A DNA stretch of 64,000 nucleotides from Eledone cirrhosa (lineage: Eukaryota). Positions 27,430 through 41,719 of this stretch are shown piece after piece. The first letter of the stretch is position 1, and every line of letters starts with the position of its first letter. The stretch covers positions 305,908,001-305,972,000 of the forward strand of contig OZ024740.1 of the NCBI GenBank assembly GCA_964016885.1, written 5' to 3'. Position numbers and translations under genes: made by a program. The notes under the pieces are model-generated. The model searched no databases. It worked only from the letters and a program-made list of their open reading frames with translations, and was not told where the DNA came from.

Positions 27430-27780
27430 TTTTTTACATTGAAATGTTGGTATATAACTCAGTAGATATAGCTGCCAATTTGGTCATGTCTGTGTATATA
27501 TCCAGACATGTCAAGGAACGGGCAGCTGGAGATGATGTAATCCGCATTTGGTGTTAGGGATCCGTTTTGATTATTTTGTTTTTATAGTTGTTTGTTACCA
27601 AGTATGCGTCTTTTGTCGTTCCTGGTTTTAGCCCGGATATTATTGACTTTCAGTTTTGATTACTTCTTCTCTATGAAGTCTGGTGAGATTTGGCCGTAGA
27701 GCAGTTTTTATCTCCATTCCCCCTTTAGTATATTTTGTAATTACTTCTTCATTTTTTTTTTGGTTTCTTTAGCCATTTTG
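27430..27780 (-). pseudogene. R4/Dong-like LINE C-terminal (zinc-knuckle region) relic
   Basis: Minus translation EWR*KLLYGQ ... DYIISSCPFLDMSGYIHRHDQIGSYIY resembles W..K.LHGQ..HIISGC..L...Y..RHD. Confidence 0.6.
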
Positions 27781-27814
27781 TTGTTGTTGTTATCTATGTT
27801 ATTATTGTTACTAT

Positions 27815-27990
27815 CTGGCAGAATCGGAAGAGTGTCGGACACCATGCTTCGTGACATAGAGTTACGGCTCATTACGTTCTGAATTCAAATCCCGCCGAGG
27901 TTAGCTTTGCCTTTCATCCTTACAGGGTCGATAAAATAAAGTACCAGTAATGCACTGGAATAATTGCTGGCCTTGTGCCAAAAGTAGATG
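27815..27990 (+). mobile_element. tRNA-derived octopod SINE
   Basis: Matches consensus. Confidence 0.85.
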
Positions 27991-27994
27991 TATC

Positions 27995-28110
27995 AGTATA
28001 AAATTTCGCTGGAGATAGATTAGGAAAATGTGATAAGCGGGGAGGTGGAAAAAGTTTGAAAAATTAATAAGCTGGTGGCGGGAAGACGATTATTCAAGAC
28101 CCCAGAGTAA
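27995..28110 (-). mobile_element. Terminal fragment of the MITE at 41786-42152
   Basis: Reverse-complement similarity to 41786-41895. Confidence 0.7.
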
Positions 28111-28124
28111 GTGTATATGCGCGC

Positions 28125-28250
<126 letters not shown>

Positions 28251-29044
28251 CACATAATCATGTGCTCACTCACGTATAGCTATGTAGCTAGGTGGTTAGA
28301 AAGATAGACAAAACAAATGATTGACTGAATAAATATATGTTTCTACTTTAGGCACAAGGCCAGCAATTACCCAGTTCATTACTGGTACTTTATTTTATCG
28401 TGAATAAATATGTCGATGGGTAGATAGATAGTTTCAACGCCTACATACATGCTACTTTATGTACAGGGACAGCTACGCTTACATGTGCGCATGCGTGATC
28501 ATCGTTCTTTTGCGAGATTGTGTTTACTTAGTATTAACTCAGATTTGACCGAAGTGTTTGTTAAGAAGTGAAATATCAAATACTGACCAATAGATTTAGC
28601 TTATACAGCTAGCTGTATCGTGTGAGTGAAGTGAAGGGGTGGAATAAAATTAGACATGGACGATGTGACCGTGTGTGACAGGTCGACTAGTGCGACCATA
28701 CGTCAACTGGACACCAATGACTAGTTTAGGAAAATACGTGTGTGCATATGTGTGTGCATATGTGTGACTGTGTGTGTGTGTGTGTAAGAGTATGTGAGTT
28801 ATGTGTGGTTGGGCAGGTGTTGTAAATTAACACACAAGTTGTTTGTTTAAGTCGTTAAAAGTCTGGGCAGACGTTTTAGAGTAAGAAGCGCTAACTGCCA
28901 AGATTTCTTACTCCCATCCACCACCACCACCATCACCGTCAACATCAACATCACAATCACCACCACCACCATCACCACCATCACCACCAATACCAACACC
29001 ACCACCACCGTTGCTATCTCACCTATCACTACTATTATAACCAT

Positions 29045-29230
29045 TGGTGAATTGGCAGTATCGGTAGAGGGTCGGACGCCATGCTTTCCAGCATAGTTAT
29101 ATCCCTTTACGATTTGAGTTCAAATCCCGCCGAGGTTGACTTTGCCTTTCATCCTTACGGGGTCGATAAAATAAAGTACCAGTAATGCACTGGGTAATTG
29201 ATGGCCTTGTGCCTAAAGTAGAAACAATTA
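29045..29230 (+). mobile_element. tRNA-derived octopod SINE
   Basis: Matches consensus. Confidence 0.9.
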
Positions 29231-30679
29231 TCACATCTACTATTGCTACCAGCATCATAATCGCCACAATCATTATACTTACACCCTCAAACATGCAGAC
29301 ACTACGCACACATATATATACAGACATAGTCATACTGCAGAGGTTTCCCAATCGTCTCATATAAACCTTTAACACTAAATTTGGTTTCAGATCCCGCGGT
29401 AATTGTGATGACGTGTGTACGACTGTCTATTGTAGGTTAAACAAATCTCACACAGCACCAGATGTATTTCTTCCTCAGTCACAAAAGATAGCCACCACTA
29501 CACTGCCATATTAAGATTCTTTCTACGTTGGGTAAATTGAATAAGCGACCAGATTGATCCCAGTATATGATTTGGTTATTATGTTATTGATCTCAGATAA
29601 AAGAAAGTAATATTGGGTTTGATAGTGTTGGAATACAATAACACAAGACACCAATTGAAGCATGCTTAGGGGAGAACGTGATTCTAGCTAGCTAACCATT
29701 AATCTTGCTAGCTAACCATTAGTCTGTGAATAGTTTCAAACTGGGAAAACCAGTAAATTTGGTGTAGCAAATACTCATGTATCTACTCCACCAAATTTGA
29801 AGAGAAAACCGAATATCTTGTTAAGGCAAACATTTTTGGTTCTGTATTTTTTAAAATTATTTAAAAAAACAGGAGATAAAACGTGGATAAATTTCAACAG
29901 GACGATTGTAGTAAATTAGCCATTTTTATCTTCCCTTCAAAGCCATTTTATATTATACATACGATTTTTCAAAGAATGTTATTCGGAATAATAACTGTTG
30001 AACTGTATAACACATTGTGTTGAAAGCAAAACACAGTTACATTTAACGATCTTGTAGTTACTTTATAATTCCTACTATGGATTACATAAACAGAATGAGG
30101 ACAATATTATAGTTTATTTTTATTTAAAAAAAAAAAAAAAAATACTGTAGTAAGGATTTGACCTCCGGCAATAGAGAAATAGCCGACCAAGCCCTGTTCT
30201 ACAAATGAAGCGTTAAAGAAAATTGACAGTCAAGTTCAGACACTCAGTCACACTGAAATATCACAACTGCTGCCCTAAGTTGTGTATTTTAGTATTGTTT
30301 ATAAATATAAAGTTGGAAGTTATAATTCTTAACTAAAATGAGGTAGCTACAGTTCCTACAGTACAGAAGAGGGCGGTGTTACCTTAATTTTAAGTTTTCA
30401 GCCGTAGGCGGGGGGAATGGTTTATAGCATCTATCGGCCCTTTTTCCCAACCTCAGCCTTACGGTCGTTAGCGTACCTCTAGATTCTAAACACAGAACCA
30501 TCACAGACTAGCTATAGGTAGGCGAAAGAGGTTCAGGTCTTTAGCATGCCTAATGTTTATGCTCCTAGTTATAATCCAAGGTACAAATCACAGTAGTTGA
30601 CATTCGGGTGTCACGGAGTGACTCGTGCATTGCGAGTTTATTACTTGCTGAAGGTGTGATAAAAGCACCTTGGGGCGAT

Positions 30680-30749
<70 letters not shown>

Positions 30750-30751
<2 letters not shown>

Positions 30752-31305
30752 AATAATAATTGTTTCTACTTTGGGCCATCAATTACCAGTGCATTACTGG
30801 TACTTTATTTTATCGACCCCGTAAGGATGAAAGGCAAAGTTAACCTCGGCGGGATTTGAACTCAGAATGGCAAGGTCCGTAACTCTATGCGTCAAAGCAT
30901 GGTGTCCGACAATCCACCGCCCTCAAAATAATAATAATTGTTTCTACTTTTGGCACAAGGCCAGCAATTATCCAGTACATTACTGGTACTTTATTTTATC
31001 GACCTCGCAAGGATGAAAGGCAAAGTTAACCTCGCCGGGATTTGAACTCAGATCGTAAAGGGAAGTAACTATGCTGGAATGCATGTCCGACCCTCTACCG
31101 ATACTGCCAATTCACTTTTAGATTTAGGCACAAGGCCAACAATTTTAGGGGAGGGAAACGTCGATTTGATCGACTCCAGTGCATTACTGGTGCTTTATTT
31201 TATCGACCACGGGAGGATGAAAAGCAAAACTAACCTCGACGGGATTTGAACTCAGAACGTAAAGAGCCGTAACTCTCTGCCGCGAAGCATGGTGTCCGAC
31301 GCTTG
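30750..31305 (-). mobile_element. Three head-to-tail octopod SINE copies
   Basis: Reverse-complement consensus at ~30750-30925, 30930-31115 and 31116-31305. Confidence 0.9.
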
Positions 31306-31864
31306 GGTATGAATCGAAGTTGTAACCATATATAAATGAATGTGTACTTCTGTATCCCTAAAGAAATATACTTACTGATCAGTAACTGTTAGATAGAGCA
31401 CAGATTCATAAAGACAGAGATGTGGGTATTGATTATCAGTGACCAACATTTCTAAACATTTAAATAGTTAAAACGAAAAACTACAGCCTGGAGTGTAGAG
31501 CCTCCCCCGCCCCTCTTCCTTTCTTCCGTTGCTTAATTCCTTTTCTTACACTTTTTCTTATTTTCCTCTCTTTTTTTATTGTTTCCTTACTGTCATGTAT
31601 ATTTTACAGTTTTCTTTTTACTGGTGGATATTTTATACTACCAAGTTATACACGAATCATAAAATGCATTTGCGGTCTTGTCCACAGGGCGCAGCCCCAA
31701 CACCACTGCCCCCCTCCCATTCTTCTGTGACCCTAGAGCCTTTGCCTTTCCTTTCATTTTCCGTTTTTAAGATACCTGTAGTGTTTAGGATTTGTTTAGG
31801 ATATTTTTATTTTTATTAATAAAACGCTTCTAGATGAAAAAAAAAGTAATTAAATAACAGTTTG

Positions 31865-32055
31865 AGATTGAATAAAAGATTGAGACAAGGAATGTTGTCG
31901 ATTAAATCCATCCAATTACTTGACCTACTTGCTGGGGACATTGTTTTATCAACATCAGAAGGATTAAAAGCAACGTCGACTTTAAGGGATTTGAACTTAG
32001 AACTTAATGGGGCGTTAGTATTTTGTCTGGAGCTCTACTGAATCTGTTCCACTCT
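31865..32055 (-). mobile_element. Degenerate octopod SINE
   Basis: 'gggatttgaacttagaac', 'ttttatcaac..aggattaaaagcaa'. Confidence 0.6.
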
Positions 32056-32439
32056 GCATAAATTGGGTGATAATACAACCACTGTCATCTCTGGGTGATT
32101 AAACCTGAGACGCTATTTAGAAAGGAGGTGAATTATGTCTCTTATTAATCTAATATGATAAGCTGGAGATTGGTTTGCTTCACTGGTTTTCTCTTTAAAA
32201 GTAAAGAGTTTTGCTAAATTATAATTCTTGGATCTTTTAAAATAGATTAATTGAATATTGCCTAATGATTCATACAGAATTAGTCACCAAAGTGATATTG
32301 TCTCTGCTTTCTTAAGTACGATTGCCAGTAAATTACCATTCCTTATCATTAATCAATACCATCCAGTTATACGTTGTGCTGAATAGTTTGGGGAACACCT
32401 TACTATATTCTTTGCATATTTCATATACTCGGGTCCGAC

Positions 32440-33103
32440 ATACTGGGACTCGACATACTGGGGCTGATGATGCACAGGCATGCGCCAAAGCTTCAATATC
32501 TACAATGTTTCCTAGACGGTGAGCAGGAGTGGTCGCTTTTCGTTTCATTCGTTTTCCCACAGCTCATCTTTTCGGTGTTGCTACAGTCCTGGGTGAAGCG
32601 AAAATCAGTTCTATGCGATTGGCACCTGAAATGTTTGTGAGGCGTTCACAGCCCTCTATCAATTGGGTAATGTGGTCTGTGGAAATTCCATGTTAGTACT
32701 CTATACAGAATTATTAGTGGGAAAGCCCGATGATATTCTCGGGGAAACTCTGGGTGCCGACGGAAATCAACTGGCTTGTATGTTTCGGAAAACTTTCGAC
32801 TCAGAGAAAATGGGTATTTTCCAGTAATCTCTCGACTGGCAGTGCGTTGGAGGGGCATTACCGTTTCGAGATAAACTCAAAAATACCTTCAGCCTCGAAA
32901 TAACTTGGCACAGAAATACCTTCAGCCGAACCTGTCCGAGATGTGTGCAAGGTGACGAAGCGATTCTACACATTACTCGTAGAATTTTGTCGAATAGCTG
33001 TTTGATCGAGTCTATCAAGAAAATCATCTAACAGGAAGGTAGTTTTCCTCTGCTTGGTGGCTATGACGAAAGAAAGTATGTGTTGGACTAAAAGAAGTGA
33101 CGG
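32440..33103 (+). pseudogene. L1/Tx1-type LINE ORF2 C-terminal relic, part 1
   Basis: LMMHRHA.KLQYL..FLDGEQEWS.FV...FPQL, WQCVGGALPFRDKL, CPRCVQGDEAILH (zinc-knuckle-type region). Confidence 0.7.
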
Positions 33104-33329
33104 CAGTGACGGACTAGGTCTAAAAATATTGGATGATAGGAGATGAAGGGGGCCCACCTAGATATAGAATGCTATCATTTAATTTTTATAATGAATAAAT
33201 AACATTTTTGAAAAATACATAAGTGGAAACAAAACAGCGCAATCAAATTTTAGCGGAAAAATATCTTACCTTCTCTAATAAAAAATATGTATTTTGCGAA
33301 ATCCAGAGACTTTCAATAATGATCAGAAG

Positions 33330-35215
33330 CCGACCCTAAATATTACTAATAGCTCTAGGAAAGCCATGAACGACACCACATCTTTTGAACTTTGATTTTG
33401 AAAGTAGGTTTACAATTATCAATTTTCAGTCTGCTATTGTAGTTGTCTCGGTGGCCTAGTTGGAGGAATCATAGACGGTGGTGATCGTTGTCTGAAGTTC
33501 CATCCTGGTCGGGTGTAGGGTTCCCAGTAAACCTTTAAAACCAGTAAACCTTTAAAACCAGTAAACCTTTAAAACCAGTAAACCTTTAAAAAAATTTATA
33601 CTTATAAACCTACTTTCAAAATTTTCAAAACAAACTCATGTGGTGTTGTTCATGTCTTAATGTTATTGCTCCTACTTAAGGTCGACTTCTAAATCATTTG
33701 GGCGTTCCAGAAACTACATCCTCGTTTTGTTTCTCATCTATCTAGACTATATTTTAACCAGTAATCCATGTTTCATTTCTGTTGTACCTCATTTCCCCCC
33801 CTCTCTCTCTCTTTCTCTGTGATATTCCCAAAGAACCAAAAGATTGACAAGTGAACCCTAAATATAACTAATAGCTCTAGGAAAGCCATGAACGACACCA
33901 TAACTTTTGAACTTTGATTTTGAAAGTAGGTTTATAATTATCAATTTTAATTATACCTTTGTAGCTGTCTCGGTGGCCTGGTTGGCGGATGCATAGACGG
34001 TGGTGATCCTGGTCTGAAGTTCGATCCTGGTCGGGAGTAGGGTTCCCAGTAAAACTTTTTTGTTTTTTCTATAGGATGTAAAAACAATAAACTGAAAAAG
34101 ATTACATGTACCTCTTGAACAGGATTGAACCCAAGACCAGGATCTCTACCGTCTCTAGTACCTACAACTAAGCTACAGAGGCAACTACAAAAATCTTATG
34201 AAAGTTTATACTTATAAACCTACTTTCAAAATGTGGTGTCGTTCATGTCTTTCTTAATGTTATTGCTCCTACTTAGGTCGACTTCTAAATCATTTTTTGA
34301 AAAGGGTTGACTTGTCAATCTTCTGGTTCTTTGGGAATATCACAGAGAAAGAGAGAGAGAGGGGAAATGAGGTGCAACAGAAATGAAACATGGATTACAG
34401 GTTAAAATATAGTCTAGATAGATGAGAAACAAAACGAGGATGTAGTTTATGGAACACCCAAATGAGAAATAACATTAAGAAAGACATGAAAGACACCACA
34501 TGATTTTGTTTTGAAAATGTTGACTTTTCAATGTAAAAAAAAAACTGAAATAGATTACATGCACCTCTTGACCAGGATTGAACCCACTTTTCTGTTTTTT
34601 CTATGGGATGTAAAAACAAAAAAAATTACATGTACATCTTGGCCAGGATTAAAGCCACGAGCAGGATATCCACCGTCTCTCGAACCTACCATTAGGCCAT
34701 TGAGACAACTGCTAAAATCTATAGAAATTTATACTTTTAAACCTACTATCAACATTTTCAAATCGCAATCATGTGGTGTTGTTCATGTCTTTCTTAATGT
34801 TATTGCTCCTACTTAAGGTCGACTTCTAAATCATTTGAGTGTTCCATAAACTACATCCTCGTTTTGTTTCTCATCTATCTATACTATATATTAACCTGTA
34901 ATCCATGTTTCATTTCTGTTGCACCCTATTTCTCCTCCTCCTCTTCCTCTTCTCCTCCTTCTCCTCTCTCTCCCTCTCTTTCTCTCTGTGATATTCCCAC
35001 AGAACCAGAAGATTGACCAGTCAACCCTAAGTATAACTAACAGCTCTAGGAAAGCCATGAATGACACCACAACTTATGAACTTTTTAAAATTATCAATTT
35101 TCCCTATACTTTTGTAGCTGTCTCGGTGGCCTATTTGTAGGAATCATAGACGGTGGTTTTCCTGGTCTGAAGTTCTATCCTGGTCGGGAGTAGGGTTCCT
35201 AGTAAATCTTTTCAG
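33330..35215. repeat. Tandem array of fold-back units with tRNA-like arms and a ~170-bp spacer
   Basis: Units bounded by gtcgaccctaa...ttaaggtcgac; arms contain tggcctagttgg and gttcgatcc; the spacer occurs inverted at ~34305-34470; a 17-bp repeat x4 lies at 33524-33592. Confidence 0.8.
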
Positions 35216-35733
35216 TTTTTTTTTATGGTATGTAAAAAAAAAACAACTGTTTTATGGTATGTAAAAGAAAAAAAACTGCTGATCTTTAATCCCGTATAAA
35301 CGGCTGTTATTTCTAGCACCGGGAATGCGGGATGGCTAGTTTGGCTCGCTACACCACGTGTAATCAGACCTGCAAAATTTTTGAAGGTGGAATGTACTAA
35401 TTTTACTGGATTCCTGTTGATAAGCACAGAAGATTTGGATATTTCACTTTTTATTTCAATTCCATTTCGATTCTCTTTATTTTTCAATTCATGTACCATC
35501 GTTGCGAAACATATTTGGGTTTCGAAGTTCAAATTCATCTACGGAGCGGGTTTGGATTTTGAAATTTAAATTTGTCCAGGAATCACGGCTTTTGCCAATA
35601 TAACCTTGTCTTTATTGACTTATATCGAGACAGACAAATTGTATTCACTTTAATTAGTTTATTTCATTGCTAGCTAACTTTGTCTGTTACAATACAAACA
35701 CGTTTTGTGTTTATCATATATATTAATATATAA

Positions 35734-35771
<38 letters not shown>

Positions 35772-35839
35772 CGATTCTTTGCTTAAACTTTAATGTGTTA
35801 TTTTAATAAATAAATATATATATATATATATATATATAT

Positions 35840-36367
<528 letters not shown>

Positions 36368-36378
36368 GTATATATGTA

Positions 36379-36416
<38 letters not shown>

Positions 36417-36449
36417 CATATATAAATATATATATATACATATATATAT

Positions 36450-36714
36450 AGTACAATTTAAAAAAATATGATCAACACTAATGTGTTATTTTTGCAAAAT
36501 GACAATAATTTTTTAGCCAGATAGAAGTACCTTAATTCAAGTCAGGCAGTTGCCATTTTACGTCTGTAAGTATAGATTTAATATTTAATATTTTCTAGAT
36601 CGATACAGGCGGACTATATGTACTTGAATTAAGGTACTTCTATCTGGCTAAAAAATTATTGTCATTTTGCAAAAATAACATATTAGTGTTGATCATATTT
36701 TTTTAAATTGTACT
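36450..36714. repeat. Inverted repeat, ~92-bp arms with ~80-bp spacer, adjoining (TA)n
   Basis: 36450-36542 is the near-perfect reverse complement of 36622-36714. Confidence 0.9.
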
Positions 36715-36772
36715 GTAATGCTCAGAAGTATTTTCTTAGAGCTTAATAATTGTATTTGACTACTAAATTGAA

Positions 36773-36964
<192 letters not shown>

Positions 36965-37001
36965 ATATGTATATACATATATACATATATACATATATGT
37001 A

Positions 37002-37032
<31 letters not shown>

Positions 37033-37083
37033 ATATGTATATACATATATACATATATACATATATGTATATATGTATATATG

Positions 37084-37209
<126 letters not shown>

Positions 37210-37307
37210 CATCTTTTTCCATTTCTCCGAGGGTTCTTAACTCCACTATCAGGCTAAATAATTTCTTTAATTTCTTTAGTCAAAATACGGCGATAGCTTA
37301 CATTTCT

Positions 37308-37383
<76 letters not shown>

Positions 37384-37454
37384 TGTTTGCTAAAATAATC
37401 AAATTAAATTAATGTAACACATAGGAATAATAGGTTGTTACCAAAGGGTCAAAT

Positions 37455-38040
37455 GATTGACAAGTCGACCCTAAATATTACTAAAAGCTCTAGGAAAGAT
37501 GAACTACACCACATCTTTTTAATTTTTATTTTGAAAGTAGGTTTATAATTATCAATTTTCATTGTACTTTTGTAGCTGTCTCTGTGTCCTAGTTGGAGGA
37601 ATCATAGACGGTGGTGATTCTGGTGTGAAGTTCGATCCTGGTTGTGGGTAGAGTTCCCGGTAAACCTCTTCAGTTTTTTTCTATTGGTTGTAAAATAAAA
37701 ACTGAAAAAGATTACATGTACCTCTTGACCAGGATTGAACCCAAAGACAGGCTCTTCGCCGTCTCTAGTACCCACTGCTAGACCACAGAGACAACTACAA
37801 AGAACTTATGAAAATTTATATTTATAAACCAACTTTCAAAATTTTCAAAACAAAGTGTTGTGGTGTCGTTCATGTCTTTCTTAATGTTATTGCTTCTACT
37901 TAAGGTCGACTTCTAAATCATTTGGGTGGTCCATAAACTACATCCTCGTTTTGTTTCTCATCTATCTAGACTATATTTTAACCTGCAATCCATGTTTCAT
38001 TTCTGCTCCACCTCATTTCTCCACCCCCCTCTCTCCCTCC
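37455..38040. repeat. Complete fold-back unit (37463-37910) plus spacer, same family as 33330-35215
   Basis: gtcgaccctaa...ttaaggtcgac with ~190-bp imperfect inverted arms. Confidence 0.8.
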
Positions 38041-38131
38041 TGATATTTGAATCTACTATGATTTGGGCTTACCTTATTCCTATATATAAGGTTTTTGCAT
38101 GTCAGTTAGATTCAAACTTATAATGATTGGC

Positions 38132-38191
<60 letters not shown>

Positions 38192-38437
38192 TCTAAAAAT
38201 ATTGGCTGCCAGATGAAGGGGGCCCATCTACATATAGAATGCTATCATTTAATTTTTATAATGAATAAATAACATTTTCAAAAGATACATAAGTGGAAAC
38301 ACGATAGTGCAATCAAATTTTTGCGGGAAAATATCTTACCTTCTTCAATAAAAAATATTATGTATTTTGCGAAATCCAGAGACTTTCAATAAAGACCTTT
38401 GGTTTTTCACACTCACTATATATATATATATATATGT

Positions 38438-38554
<117 letters not shown>

Positions 38555-38807
38555 TACACTTAGCTTTAGATTTAGTAGAATGTAAAACCAAATGCTTTGC
38601 TTAATTATTTTATTTATTTATTTTTTTAATTTATTCTTTCTCCTAGATTTCAGGTATGTCTTGAAAGCAAAGCATTGGCCCCTAAAATACTACAGTGGGC
38701 CCTGCAATGCTACTGTGGGCTCTTGTAACGCTACCGTGCCCCCCCCCCCCCCCCCCTGGGGTCCAGTTGCCATTGGGCAACCTGGCAACCTGGCCAGTCC
38801 ACCACTG

Positions 38808-39200
38808 ACTGCAGGTATATACTTTTCTCCTCGGCCTGGCCCTCAATAACCTTCACAAGGCTCATTTAGAAAGAAATGTGAGGATGCGGTGGGATATGCT
38901 GTCCGCCCATCCACCCCTAAATTTGCTGAAAGGTGTGTGAGAGTAGCGAACACGGCTTGTAGGCTGAGAAACAACACCAGATCAGAGAGAAGACACTTGA
39001 CCTTGATGGTCAGTGTAACCCGAGATTGCCTTCAAGTGGATGCTCCTCCCGCCTCATATTGAGTGAATTTACTTTATTGGTGTATTTGGTAATCTATTGT
39101 TTTTGTTATTTTCATTTTACATATATGTAAACCTCTCCCTCTTCTTTTGTATCCTTGTCTTTGTACCGCCCTGTTTGTCTTTGAGCCCTTGTCGCTAATA
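38808..39200 (+). pseudogene. Probable continuation (ORF2 end and 3' UTR) of the Tx1 relic
   Basis: GC-richer, coding-like sequence (..AHLERNVRM..) resumes right after the hAT-like terminus, followed by a T-rich tail. Confidence 0.45.
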
Positions 39201-39424
39201 ACGTGATGCTGGTGGTGGTAGAACTGGGGGTGATAGTAGTGGTGGTTTTGAAGAGAATTATCTGAGGTTATTTTTTTAAAAGTGATGTTTGAAAAGAATA
39301 TTTTGTTCCCTTTACCATTACTAATACCCATACTTTACCACTACAGCAACTACTACAGCTACTACAAATATAATATCAGTCATTCACTACTAACAACCTC
39401 CCCCCACAATGTTACAAATATAAT

Positions 39425-39479
<55 letters not shown>

Positions 39480-39534
39480 GCAATCATTAAGAGTTCTATC
39501 CCACTACTTCGCCACCAACTCTATCATTATTATT

Positions 39535-39715
39535 ACAGTATCGGTAGAAGGTCGGACGCCATGCTTTGACGCATAGAGTTACGGCCCTTGCCATTCTGAG
39601 TTCAAATCCCGCCGAGGTTAACTTTGCCTTTCATCCTTACGGGGTCGATAAAATAAAGTACCAGTAATGCACTGGGATAATTGCTGGCCTTGTGCTAAAA
39701 GTAGAAACCATTATT
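39535..39715 (+). mobile_element. tRNA-derived octopod SINE
   Basis: Matches consensus. Confidence 0.9.
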
Positions 39716-40594
39716 ATTACAACCAGCGCTACCACTAATATAACCAAAACATCACACACCTTTACCAATAACACTATTTCGACTACCACAATCTCAACTA
39801 CCATCACTAATTCCACTACTACCACTACAACCACCACCACCACCACCGCCAACATTAATGAAACTAGCATGAACATCACCATCACTCCCTTCCACCACAT
39901 CCTACTCATTCAACCAATATCAAAAGCACAGCTTACCAGTGCCGCCGCAAGCATCACATAAAAAAAAAATTATCATCATCATCATCATTATCAGTAGCAG
40001 CCGCACCACAACCACCACCACGACCTTCTGCAACATAAAAACTACCAACATAATCAGACGGCGACTATCACCACCACCACCACCACCACCACCATCATAA
40101 CGACCTTGTTGCCTCTATCACCAATCCCAGCCAGCCCTGCCACTATCACAATCACCATCAATACTACCTCCAACACCACCACTACCATATACGCAATAAC
40201 TCCGCCACCAAGCCATTGATTCCATATCTCAATCGGGTTAAAAATTTTAAATTCGCAGCAAGCTTTCGTTTTTTTTATTTTTATTATTACAATTATTAAA
40301 AAATAAATAAATAAATAAATAAATAAAGAAATTAAAGAAAGAAATCATTATTATTACAATTATTTTTCGATGGAGAATAACGTTTCAGTTTCAAAAAAAG
40401 CAGACGACACTTGACAGTTATCGTCTGCCAACTGATAGGATCACCTTTCACTTTGAAAAAAATTCCTTTATTTCAAACATACGATACCTTATTTATTTAT
40501 TTGTTTATTTATTTATTTATTTATTTATTCATTCATTTATTTAACAATAACAGTGATTAATAACAACAACAATAACAACAACGGTGGTAACAAC

Positions 40595-40604
40595 TAAGAT
40601 GACG

Positions 40605-40635
<31 letters not shown>

Positions 40636-40812
40636 TGACGACGATGAAGATGACGAGGATGACGACGATGACGACGACAACGACGACGACGACGATGACG
40701 ACGATGAAGATGACGAGGATGACGACGATGAAGATGACGATGACGACGACAACGATGACGACGATGAAGATGACGACGATGTCAACGATGGCGACAACAA
40801 TGACGACGACGA
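40595..40812. repeat. (GAC/GAT)n triplet repeat
   Basis: Direct reading. Confidence 0.95.
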
Positions 40813-40999
40813 TTTATAGACTAGAATCAAAAGCATATTGACTCTAAAAGACGTTGATCGCTCAGTATAAAGAGACATAAATACTGTAAGGCATTTAATC
40901 TTCTTTTGGCTGTTTGTGCATCAGTAATGATTTCTTACAATGCGTGGGGTACAAGGCCACATATTTTGATATTAGGGGTACATTCTATTAATAGTGGCA

Positions 41000-41715
41000 C
41001 TAGTACCAGACTGCTTGTATATTTATCGACATCGCAGAGACCACAGCCAAACTTTTCCTCAAAAGAACTTATCTAAATATAACAGACATTTAAACTGGTG
41101 CTATATTAAGAAATGTATCCATCCGAGTCCCAGCTCTAACCACCCGAACTCTATTGTGTTCCGCTTATTGTCCAGAGTGGAGAAGCAAAACATTTTATCT
41201 TAACTCAGCCCCCGCCACACGACCTTTCAAAGATTCTGGGTAAGAGTGGCCACCCTCCTCGTTACCTCGTCACAGTTCTTATCCAGCTGGAGGTCTGATC
41301 CGAACCAGACCCCAAGCAACTTCACCAGTAAATTTTCCTATTCCTCTAAGAAGTTGCCGACCATCTCGATTTCCGAGGTGTTTGACACCATCACGATGAC
41401 GTCGTCCTCATATACTGACACAGCCCTTCCACGTTCCGGTTCGAGTGGGATGCCCTGTAAAAGCTCCATCTTCCACAGTAATGGCTCGAGAGTCATCATT
41501 GACAGGGGAGAAGACATCATTGACAGACCAAGCGTATAATCTGGAAAGGTTCTGATAGGTGACCATTGACTTCGACTACCGAGCAGATGCCGCTGTGCAT
41601 TGCAGCGATCCAGGCTCTGGAGACGGGACCTAAACGTGCTGCCTTGTGGACAGCGTTCAGGTATCGATGGTCAACCCTATCGAAAGCTTGCGAATGACTC
41701 AAATTGATGGAGGTC
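41000..41715 (-). pseudogene. L1/Tx1-type reverse transcriptase relic
   Basis: SQAFDRVDHRYL, VNGHLSEPFQI, PLS...LEPLL, VSVYEDDV, and KLLGVWFGSDLQLDKN in the adjacent frame. Confidence 0.85.
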
Positions 41716-41719
41716 GCTT

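Noticed and set aside
28480-28730. NRF1-like tgcgcatgcg motif followed by a short ATG ORF
   Set aside because: Single short motif and a 22-codon ORF; cannot be supported from sequence alone.
33960-34045. Bona fide tRNA genes in the fold-back arms or SINE heads
   Set aside because: A/B boxes are present but no convincing cloverleaf was seen; copies are divergent and embedded in repeats.
35212-35538. 108-aa non-repetitive ORF
   Set aside because: No recognisable motif, lies inside a composite transposon, and its 3' part runs into repeat sequence.
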